The notes under the pieces: model-generated
The model's database searches: none
What the model was told of the DNA's origin: nothing
The model's input: only the letters and a program-made list of their open reading frames with translations
In this document: positions 1 to 7,786 of the stretch, piece by piece
Numbering within the stretch: the first letter of the stretch is position 1
Layout: each line of letters opens with the position of its first letter
Origin: an uncultured Gammaproteobacteria bacterium
GTDB lineage: Bacteria; Patescibacteriota; Patescibacteriia; Patescibacteriales; UBA12465
DNA: 54,283 nt
Direction: 5' to 3'
NCBI GenBank assembly: GCA_964440365.1
Contig: CAYTRX010000001.1
Span: forward strand, 12,180-66,462
Program-made: the position numbers and the translations under genes

Positions 1-333
1 TTGTTTAATAACATACTTAATGCCTTCTACCCAAGGATTGTTAGTATCTTCTTCCTTTAAGGTGCTAATAGCCATTTTTAAATTTTCATATACCGGCAAT
101 ATTTCTAAGAAAAATTCAGATAAAGAATATTTTATAAATTCAGCTTTTTCAGCAATAACATTTTTATTTAAATTTTGATAATCAGCCAAGGCTCTTTTTA
201 AGCGTTTTTCTAAATCCTCATTTTCTTCTTCTAGTTTTTTAATTTTTTCTTCTAGGGCATTTTCAGCTTTTTTTTCTTTTTTTGTTTCTTTTTTATTCTT
301 ATCTTTTTTCTTGTGATCGCTATTATTATCCAT
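1..333 (-). CDS. grpE: GrpE nucleotide-exchange factor, N-terminal part (gene runs off the left edge)
   Basis: My own minus-strand translation from the ATG at 331-333 gives MDNNSDHKKKDKNKKETKKEKKAENALEEKIKKLEEENEDLEKRLKRALADYQNLNKNVIAEKAEFIKYSL... It has a Lys-rich tail, a coiled coil and an R..AD..N motif typical of GrpE. It starts 5 nt after the hrcA stop, as in hrcA-grpE operons. Confidence 0.8.
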   Translation of the reverse strand, partial: MDNNSDHKKKDKNKKETKKEKKAENALEEKIKKLEEENEDLEKRLKRALADYQNLNKNVIAEKAEFIKYSLSEFFLEILPVYENLKMAISTLKEEDTNNPWVEGIKYVIKQ

Positions 334-338
334 ACTTT

Positions 339-1022
339 TTATAATTTATTTTTTAAAAACTTAATAATATTTAAATTTTTCTCATAATCCATACGCAGTG
401 GCCCCAATAATCCCAATACTCCAATTTTTCCATTTTTTTTATATTTCAAAACAATCGAACTCAAAAAATTACCAAAAGGATTATCGCTACCAATAAAAAT
501 CGTTTCCCCCATCTTAATATCATCAAAAACATCAGCAATTATTTCTTCCATTTGATCAATGATCAGTGAAATATCACACAAAACTTCACTAGCCTTAAAT
601 TCTGGTTGAATAAATAAATTAGAAACGCCAGTGTAATAAAGATCATTTTTATGAAAAGCCCAAAAAACAGCACTATTAGAAAGCTCAGTTATTACTTTAG
701 CGGCCTTCTTAAAATCTTCTTCGTTAGAAAAAGCTAAGTTTTCCAAATTAGAAAAAGTTTTTACTAAATTATCTTGGTCCAATAAATATTTTTTTACATA
801 ATAACGATAAGCTTTTTCTGTTGGAATTCGTCCGGCTGAAGTGTGGGGTTGAAAAATATATCCCAAATCTTCTAGTTCAGCCATATCATTTCTTGCTGTT
901 GCTGAAGAAATGCCCAATTTATATTTATCTACCAAAAAAGAAGAACTTAGTGGTTGAGCACCCTTAATATACTCATTGATCAAGGATAATAATATTTTTT
1001 CTTGTCGTGAACTAATATCCAT
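339..1022 (-). CDS. hrcA: Heat-inducible transcription repressor HrcA (short form, about 227 aa from the internal Met)
   Basis: The ORF track gives 339..1052. The N-terminal winged-helix region SRQEKILLSLINEYIKGAQPLSSSFLVDKYKLGISSATARNDMAELEDLGYIFQPHTSAGRIPTEKAYRYYV is classic HrcA. I prefer the start at MDISS (ATG 1020-1022). A CIRCE operator lies 40 bp upstream. Confidence 0.85.
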   Translation of the reverse strand: MDISSRQEKILLSLINEYIKGAQPLSSSFLVDKYKLGISSATARNDMAELEDLGYIFQPHTSAGRIPTEKAYRYYVKKYLLDQDNLVKTFSNLENLAFSNEEDFKKAAKVITELSNSAVFWAFHKNDLYYTGVSNLFIQPEFKASEVLCDISLIIDQMEEIIADVFDDIKMGETIFIGSDNPFGNFLSSIVLKYKKNGKIGVLGLLGPLRMDYEKNLNIIKFLKNKL

Positions 1023-1061
1023 AAAAATAAAAATTATCTCTCTAATTTTCATTATATAAAA

Positions 1062-1088
1062 TTAGCACTCCTATGTCAAGAGTGCTAA
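1062..1088. promoter_or_regulatory. CIRCE operator (HrcA binding site), perfect inverted repeat
   Basis: TTAGCACTC (1062-1070), 9 nt ctatgtcaa, then GAGTGCTAA (1080-1088). This matches the CIRCE consensus TTAGCACTC-N9-GAGTGCTAA exactly and sits directly upstream of hrcA. Confidence 0.9.
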
Positions 1089-1122
1089 TTAATATCTTAT
1101 TTACTTTATTTTATAGGGTCTT

Positions 1123-2430
1123 TTACTTTTTGATCTTATTACGTAAAAAAGCCGGAACATCTAAATCATCGTCTTCATCGTCTAAACTTTTTTGAGAATC
1201 TTTAATTTTGTTTCTTAAAAAAGCAGGGGTATCAAGGGCGCTGTCATCATCTTGATCAGAGCCAGAAATCTTTTCTTTGTTAAAAAGATTTTTGGTAGAA
1301 GGAAAATTAAAAATTGATTTTTTATTATCTCGAGATTCGTCAATATTATCTTTTTTACTATCACTACCTTTAGCAAAATTATCCATAATATTAAATTCTT
1401 TTTTACTACTAGCAAAAAAATCACTATTTACTTTCTTTTCGTTTTCTTTTTTAATGGCTGGATTTATTTTAGCATTTTTATCATCAAAACCAGTTGCTAC
1501 TACCGTAACCTTTAATTCATCGCCTAAGCTCTCATCAATAACTGCTCCAAAAATAATTTTAGCATCCTTATGGGCTAAAGAGTTTATCATTTTGGCCGCA
1601 TCAGAAACATCTGACATACTTAAATCAGAGCCACCAGTAATTGTAAAAACTATTCCCTTAGCTCCATCAATTGAGGTCTCTAGCAAAGCCGAATTAACCG
1701 CCGCTTTAACTGCTTCGGTTGCCTTGTTTTCTCCTGAAGCTGAGCCCACCCCCATCAAAGCTGTTCCGGTACCAGACATAATTGCTCGAACATCAGCAAA
1801 ATCAGCATTTATAATTCCGGGAACCGTAATAATTTCAGAAATACCCTGAACTCCTTGACGCAAAACATTATCAGCCATTTTAAATGAATCAATAAAGGTT
1901 GTTCGTTTATCAATAATTTCTAATAACTTCTCGTTAGATACAGTGATAATAGTATCAACCTTGCTTGCTAAATTATAATAACCCTCTTCGGCCACCTTCT
2001 GTCTAAGACTGCCTTCAAAAAAGAACGGCTTAGTTACTACAGCGATTGTTAAAGCACCTAAATCTCTAGCTATTTCTGCCACAACTGGAGAAGCTCCAGT
2101 TCCGGTTCCGCCACCTAAACCACAGGCTATAAAAACCATATCAGCTCCTTTCAACATTTCTCTAATTTCATTTTGTGACTCTTCAGCTGCTTTTCGTCCC
2201 AACTCCGGATCCATACCAGCTCCTAAACCACGGGTAATATTTTTACCAATATTTAATTTATAACTAGCTCTATTATTTTGTAAAGCTTGAATATCAGTAT
2301 TGATAGCAATAAACTCCACACCCCTAATACCTGCTTCAATCATTCGATTAACGGCATTACCGCCACCGCCACCAACTCCAACCACTTTGATTTTAGCTGA
2401 TGTTTCAATATTTGGTTTAATTTCTGCCAT
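1123..2430 (-). CDS. ftsZ: Cell division GTPase FtsZ
   Basis: Contains the tubulin signature GGGTGTG, VGVGGGGGNAVNRM, a long disordered linker and C-terminal LD.PAFLRNKIK peptides. Confidence 0.95.
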   Translation of the reverse strand: MAEIKPNIETSAKIKVVGVGGGGGNAVNRMIEAGIRGVEFIAINTDIQALQNNRASYKLNIGKNITRGLGAGMDPELGRKAAEESQNEIREMLKGADMVFIACGLGGGTGTGASPVVAEIARDLGALTIAVVTKPFFFEGSLRQKVAEEGYYNLASKVDTIITVSNEKLLEIIDKRTTFIDSFKMADNVLRQGVQGISEIITVPGIINADFADVRAIMSGTGTALMGVGSASGENKATEAVKAAVNSALLETSIDGAKGIVFTITGGSDLSMSDVSDAAKMINSLAHKDAKIIFGAVIDESLGDELKVTVVATGFDDKNAKINPAIKKENEKKVNSDFFASSKKEFNIMDNFAKGSDSKKDNIDESRDNKKSIFNFPSTKNLFNKEKISGSDQDDDSALDTPAFLRNKIKDSQKSLDDEDDDLDVPAFLRNKIKK

Positions 2431-2448
2431 ATTATTATATTTAATATA

Positions 2449-3708
2449 TTACTTTGGCATTATCTTCTTAAAAAATCCACCGAACTTGCCAAATAAATTT
2501 TTAAAATTTTCTTTAAAAGCACTATCTTTATATGGTCCATCGGAATACGAACCAAAGATCGCTAAGGCTAAAGCTGAAGCAAAATCAGGCCGAGAAGCTT
2601 TATCAACCTCTATCTTTACATAACTAGGTTCAATAAAAGAAACCGGTAAAGACAAAACTCTTTTAGCAACCTTATTAACATTTTTTAATAATGAACCACC
2701 ACCACTTAAAAAAACTCCAACTGGTAAAATTTTAGAGCGATTTACCTTTTTTAATTCCTCATCAATTAATAAAAAAATTTCTTCAGTTCGAGCTTCAATT
2801 ATTTCATTAAGATATTTTTGTGAAACCACAGAACTCTCATCATCAATCTTTTCTTCTTTTAATAAATGTGAAATATCAAAATCTTCTTTGTCAGAAGTAT
2901 CAGAAGCATCAGCATTACCAAACTCTAATTTTATTTTTTCAGCTAAGGTGATTGGGCACTTTAAACCAAGGGCAATATCTGCGGTAATATATTCTGAACC
3001 AATTGGCAAGGTATTAAAATGAAGTAAGACGCCATCTTCATAGACAGCCAAAGAAGTAGTAGTCGCTCCAATATCAACCACTGCTACACCTAACTCCAAT
3101 TGCTTACTGCTTAAAAAAACCTCGGCCATAGTAATAGAAGGAATTAAAATATCTTCAATTCCTAAACCAACTCGCTGAACGATTTTAATTAAATTATTTA
3201 ATTGACTAGTTAAAACTAAGGGTACCAAAACCTCAACTTCTAATCTAATTCCGCGCATCCCAATCGGATCCTTAACATCTTCATTATTATCAATATTATA
3301 TTTAACTGGAATAGTTTTAAAAATCTCATAATTATTGGGGGCGGGGAAAGATTTAGCTGAATCAATCGCTCGATCAACATCGCTCTGATCTATTTCTCCA
3401 TCATTTTTACTAATAATAGCAACTCCTTTTACTCTTTCATAACGAACTCGAGCATGATTAAAAGCAAGATAAACTGAAGAAATTGGAATGCCAATCAAGC
3501 GCTCTGCCTTCTCTAAACAAGCTGAAAGCGCCGAAACAGCATCCTCAATACTATTGATGGTGCCATTTTTTCCAATACCAGCACTCGGATGAGAAACAGC
3601 TCCAATAATATGAAGTTTTTCTTCGTTAAATTCTTGCTTTTTCTGAGCTATTAATAATTTTATACTATTTGACCCTAAATCAAGACCAACGATGATATCG
3701 TTTTTCAT
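2449..3708 (-). CDS. ftsA: Cell division protein FtsA (actin-like ATPase)
   Basis: N-terminal VGLDLGSNSIKLLIA phosphate-1 motif, VVDIGATTTSLAVY, and GGGSLL near the C-terminus. It lies immediately upstream of ftsZ. Confidence 0.9.
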   Translation of the reverse strand: MKNDIIVGLDLGSNSIKLLIAQKKQEFNEEKLHIIGAVSHPSAGIGKNGTINSIEDAVSALSACLEKAERLIGIPISSVYLAFNHARVRYERVKGVAIISKNDGEIDQSDVDRAIDSAKSFPAPNNYEIFKTIPVKYNIDNNEDVKDPIGMRGIRLEVEVLVPLVLTSQLNNLIKIVQRVGLGIEDILIPSITMAEVFLSSKQLELGVAVVDIGATTTSLAVYEDGVLLHFNTLPIGSEYITADIALGLKCPITLAEKIKLEFGNADASDTSDKEDFDISHLLKEEKIDDESSVVSQKYLNEIIEARTEEIFLLIDEELKKVNRSKILPVGVFLSGGGSLLKNVNKVAKRVLSLPVSFIEPSYVKIEVDKASRPDFASALALAIFGSYSDGPYKDSAFKENFKNLFGKFGGFFKKIMPK

Positions 3709-3827
3709 AAATTTTTATTATTTTATCTATATATAGCATTATACTAAATTTCTTAATTTTAAGCAATAAGTTAAAAAACAATTTTTATGGCTTTTATATT
3801 TTAAATATCAAGGACTTTTTAAATAAT

Positions 3828-4580
3828 TTAAAAAAAATAATTAACAATATTTTCCCCAAAAAATAAAGTTATTAAGGCTCCTAAAGAAAGAAAGATTCCT
3901 AAGGGCAGTTTGGTGCCTACTTTCTTTAAATTAAAAATTAATAAAATTGTAGCTATTAATCCTCCAATTATATAGCTTAAAAGAATAACTAAAATAAATT
4001 GTTCTAAATTAGGAAAAGCTATACCCAAAAGACCACCAATCCAAATATCTCCTTCCCCCAAACCTTTCCTCCAAGTAATAAAATATTGTAAAGCAAAAAA
4101 AGATACCCCTAATAAAGTAGTTAAAAATATTTGCCCCAAAGAAAAGCCAAGAAATAAATTTAAAACAAGCAATACTATTGCCGAAAAATAAATACTTTTA
4201 ACCGAGATCATCATCCAACGTAAATCAAAAACAAAAATTACTATCAAAGAGGAAATTAAAAATAAATCAAAGAAAAGTTTAAGTGGAGAAGCGCTTGCCA
4301 AAACATTTAGATCAAAAGCTAAAGCAAAAAGTATAGCACAAGTTAATTCAATAATAGGATATTGCCAAGATATTTTTTTTTGACAATGACGACATTTTCC
4401 TTTAAGAAGAATAAAGCTCAACACTGGAATATTATCATACCAAGAAATCTGATGACGACATTTAGGGCAATAAGAACGGCCCTTAATTGTCTCTTCAGAA
4501 TATAAGCGCCAAATTAAACAATTTAGAAAACTTCCGATTATTAAACCAAAAAGAAAGAAGATTAATAAGAAAATAAACAT
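3828..4580 (-). CDS. pilD: Type IV prepilin peptidase (A24 family, PilD-like)
   Basis: N-terminal Cys box CPKCRHQISWYDNIPVLSFILLKGKCRHCQKKISWQYPIIEL followed by a polytopic membrane domain containing GEGDIWIGG. Confidence 0.85.
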   Translation of the reverse strand: MFIFLLIFFLFGLIIGSFLNCLIWRLYSEETIKGRSYCPKCRHQISWYDNIPVLSFILLKGKCRHCQKKISWQYPIIELTCAILFALAFDLNVLASASPLKLFFDLFLISSLIVIFVFDLRWMMISVKSIYFSAIVLLVLNLFLGFSLGQIFLTTLLGVSFFALQYFITWRKGLGEGDIWIGGLLGIAFPNLEQFILVILLSYIIGGLIATILLIFNLKKVGTKLPLGIFLSLGALITLFFGENIVNYFF

Positions 4581-4610
4581 AAATTTATATTTAAAAATTA
4601 ATAATTTTAA

Positions 4611-6674
4611 TTAATCTAAACTTAATAAATTATTATTAATTAAATTATAATAATAACGCCAAGCTTGTAAATTAATATCACCTTCCACGTTTTTCTCCTC
4701 CGGTAAAAGACTTAGAGCTTTTTTATATTTTTCTCGAGCTAAATCATTATTTTTTTGCCAGCGAGCCAAATGAGCTTCCTTTAAATAAAGATCTGGATAA
4801 AAAGGCGAGGTTTTTTCTAGTTGATAAAATATTTCCCAACTCTCCTCCAAGCGATCTAATAAAGCTAGTGCTTGGGCTTTATAAAAATTATAGAAAAAAC
4901 TATTATTGTCTTTTTGATAATATAACTCTGCGACCATTTTGCTTTTTTCTTGGACAAAGAAAAGGTCAATTCTATCTAAAAAATTAATATGATCAAAAGC
5001 TAGTGAAATAAAATAATCATAATAATTACGAGATAATGGCGCATTTTCTTGGAAATAAGAAAAAAGTTCCATGGCCTGAGGAATCTCATTATTTAAAAAA
5101 CTAATTTGCATTTGAGCAAAATAATAATCAGCTCGCCAATTTTTTATCTCTCGATTTAAACCCCAACAAGCAATTAAAGCCCAAAGCAAAAGCAAAAAAA
5201 ACTTTAAGCTCTTTTGCCAAAAATTACTTTTATTATATATTTTATCTATCTTTTTCAGATCTCTTTTTTCTTCAAGCTCTGCTTTTTCTTCAAGCTCAAT
5301 CTCTTTTTCAAAACTAGATTTTTTTTCTAATTTTAAAAACTCTTTTTCTCTTTTCTTAAAATCCAACGCAAAAATCATAGCAATTATTAAATATAAATAA
5401 ATAATAGTTACTACTGAAATAAAATTAAAAAGAAGCGAAACAAAAAGAGCAAAAATAGCTAAAGCTAAACTCAAAAATAAGCTCCGATCTGCCTCACCAC
5501 CACTAATATTTCTTTTTATAATTTTAAAAATAAAATAATAAAGATAAAGATATATCAACAAGCCAATCAAACCTAAGCATAAGGCCATATCTAAAAAAAC
5601 ATTATGTGCTCGATCAAAAACAACATTAACTTTACTTCTCTGAGCTAGCGAAACCTCATAATAGGGAATTAGGGCTTCTCTTTGGTTTTCCCAACCATAA
5701 CCCATTGGTTTTTTAAAAAAAGCCCGACTTGAACGATCATATAAAAAAGTTCGCACCGAAGAACTTCCCTGACTGAAATCAAAAGCTGCCTTAAACCTTT
5801 GGCTAAAAGAATTATTAGTAAAAAACAAAAGTGAGGCTATAAAACCTAAAAAAATAAGGGAAGCTAAAATAATTTTATAATTTCTTTTTGGTAAAAGAAT
5901 TAATACTAAAACAAGTGCTATCAAGGCCACCCAAGCTCCTCGACTAGCCGAAAATAATAAAGCCAATATTTGACTGGCAAAAACAAGAATTAAAAATAAA
6001 CGTCGATAAATATTTTTTTCTTGTAAGATTAAATAAAAACTAAGAGGTATCACTAAAAGCAAAAAGGATCCTAGAAAATTTGGTTGTCCTAAAGTAGACA
6101 TTGCCCGCTTAGTTTCTTGAGCTGGCTCCTGCCAAAGCAAAAAATCAAAGCCAAAATATTGGCAAATAGCATAAAGAGAAACAAAAAAAGACGAAAGGGT
6201 AGCTAGCCAAAAAATACGACGTAATGCTTTTTTTATATCCGAAGCTAAAATTAAATTTAAACTTATTAAAAATAAAGTGGCGACAAAAAATATTTCATTA
6301 CTAAGAGCTGTCTGACGAAAGAGATTTCCACTCCAAGACCAATTAGCATCAAGAGACCAAATTAAACTTAAAAAAGCAAAACCTAAAGGTAAAAGGAAGA
6401 TTAAAAAATATTTTTTAAAAAAAATTAATATTTTCCTTCCCATCTCCACCTCATCTAAAAAGCGCCATAAAGAAAAAAATAATAAAAACCAAAATAAAGA
6501 ACGAAATAAAATCATCTTACTGGCCTCAAAAGGATCAAAACTGGGAAGAAAAAAATTAAAATAAAGCGGTATTAAAAAAATAATACTTAAATAAGTTATT
6601 TCAGCTAATAAATGACTTGTTTTAATTTTTTCTAATTTAAACGACATAAGCAACAAAATAATAAATAAAATCAA
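4611..6674 (-). CDS. Polytopic membrane protein with an O-antigen ligase/Wzy_C-like domain and a C-terminal TPR-like region
   Basis: About 12 hydrophobic helices. The SASRGAWVALIAL motif is typical of Wzy_C/O-antigen ligase-like proteins. The C-terminal third has a helical-repeat character (YYFAQMQISFLNNEIPQAMELF..., LYLKEAHLARWQKNNDLAREKYKKALSL). Confidence 0.6.
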   Translation of the reverse strand: MILFIILLLMSFKLEKIKTSHLLAEITYLSIIFLIPLYFNFFLPSFDPFEASKMILFRSLFWFLLFFSLWRFLDEVEMGRKILIFFKKYFLIFLLPLGFAFLSLIWSLDANWSWSGNLFRQTALSNEIFFVATLFLISLNLILASDIKKALRRIFWLATLSSFFVSLYAICQYFGFDFLLWQEPAQETKRAMSTLGQPNFLGSFLLLVIPLSFYLILQEKNIYRRLFLILVFASQILALLFSASRGAWVALIALVLVLILLPKRNYKIILASLIFLGFIASLLFFTNNSFSQRFKAAFDFSQGSSSVRTFLYDRSSRAFFKKPMGYGWENQREALIPYYEVSLAQRSKVNVVFDRAHNVFLDMALCLGLIGLLIYLYLYYFIFKIIKRNISGGEADRSLFLSLALAIFALFVSLLFNFISVVTIIYLYLIIAMIFALDFKKREKEFLKLEKKSSFEKEIELEEKAELEEKRDLKKIDKIYNKSNFWQKSLKFFLLLLWALIACWGLNREIKNWRADYYFAQMQISFLNNEIPQAMELFSYFQENAPLSRNYYDYFISLAFDHINFLDRIDLFFVQEKSKMVAELYYQKDNNSFFYNFYKAQALALLDRLEESWEIFYQLEKTSPFYPDLYLKEAHLARWQKNNDLAREKYKKALSLLPEEKNVEGDINLQAWRYYYNLINNNLLSLD

Positions 6675-6795
6675 ATTAAAAACTTAGAGTTTTGTCAATT
6701 TAAACTCTATCTAATAATATTATGTCTATATTATAACACAAAAATAACAGCAAAAAAACAATTTTTTATTAAATTATATAAACAATTTTCTAAAC

Positions 6796-6829
6796 AAAAA
6801 ACCCTGTAAAATTAATAATACAGGGTTTT
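6796..6829 (-). terminator. Rho-independent terminator downstream of secF
   Basis: AACCCTGTA..TACAGGGTT stem (9 bp). It has an A-run on the plus strand, which is a T-run on the minus strand after the stem. Confidence 0.6.
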
Positions 6830-6877
6830 AAAAATATAGAGTTCCAAAACTAAAATATTTAAAAACAATAAATCAAA

Positions 6878-7762
6878 TTATTTCTTCTTATTAAACATTA
6901 TTAGAATAGGGCTAGCAACACAAATTGAACTATAAGTACCAACAAAAATACCAATCGCTAAAACTAAAACAAATTCTCTAATTGAATCACCACCAAAAAC
7001 AATAATTGCTATTAAAACCAAAAGGGTAGTAAAAGAGGTATTAATTGATCTAGTCAAACTTTGATTAAGGCTTCGGCCAACTGTGCCAATAAAATTATCG
7101 GAGCTCTTGGGAAGATTTTCTCTAATTCGGTCAAAAATAACAATGGTATCATTAACACTATAGCCCAAAACCGTTAAAATAGCAGCAATAAAAGGAATAT
7201 TAATTTCAGTGCCATAAAATTTACCCAAAAAAGCAAAAACTCCCAAAACAATAATAATATTATGAGCTAGAGCAATAATAGCGGCAATACCATATTTCCA
7301 AGAAGAAACCGGACGAGAAACCTTACGAAAAACAAAGGCAATATACAAAATAATAATAATTAAAACTATAATAATAGAATTAAAAGACTTGCTTTTTAAA
7401 TCTTTTCCGGCAGCAGGACCAACTACATCATAACGCAACTCTTCAAAAGAATTTTTTTGGGAAAGTTTTTCAATAATGGCGTTATAAGTTTCTCGAGACT
7501 CATCCTTAAAGCGGAAAATGGCCGAATTATCATCAGTAGACTGCACCATTAAACTATTTATATTTAAATCTTGTAATTCTTCACGTAATTCATTGGCACT
7601 TGGGGCTGACTCAGAAAATTTTAATTCCAACAAAGCCCCACCTGTAAAATCAATTCCAAAATTTAATCCCCATAAAAACAAAGCAATGATTGAAACCCCC
7701 ACTAAAACCGCTGAGATACTTAAAAATATTTTTCTCTTTCCAATAATACTTAAATTTGACAT
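6878..7762 (-). CDS. secF: Protein translocase subunit SecF
   Basis: GIDFTGG motif, six predicted TM helices, and SVNDTIVIFDRIREN, the conserved SecF motif. Confidence 0.9.
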   Translation of the reverse strand: MSNLSIIGKRKIFLSISAVLVGVSIIALFLWGLNFGIDFTGGALLELKFSESAPSANELREELQDLNINSLMVQSTDDNSAIFRFKDESRETYNAIIEKLSQKNSFEELRYDVVGPAAGKDLKSKSFNSIIIVLIIIILYIAFVFRKVSRPVSSWKYGIAAIIALAHNIIIVLGVFAFLGKFYGTEINIPFIAAILTVLGYSVNDTIVIFDRIRENLPKSSDNFIGTVGRSLNQSLTRSINTSFTTLLVLIAIIVFGGDSIREFVLVLAIGIFVGTYSSICVASPILIMFNKKK

Positions 7763-7786
7763 ATTTTTATATTTTAATTTTAATTA

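Noticed and set aside
1215-2623. Antisense and alternative-frame ORFs overlapping ftsZ (1215..1424 -, 1277..1849 +, 2300..2623 +)
   Set aside because: They lie within or opposite a highly conserved gene. Their translations are low-complexity (L/I/S/K-rich), with no motifs. They are typical shadow ORFs of AT-rich DNA.
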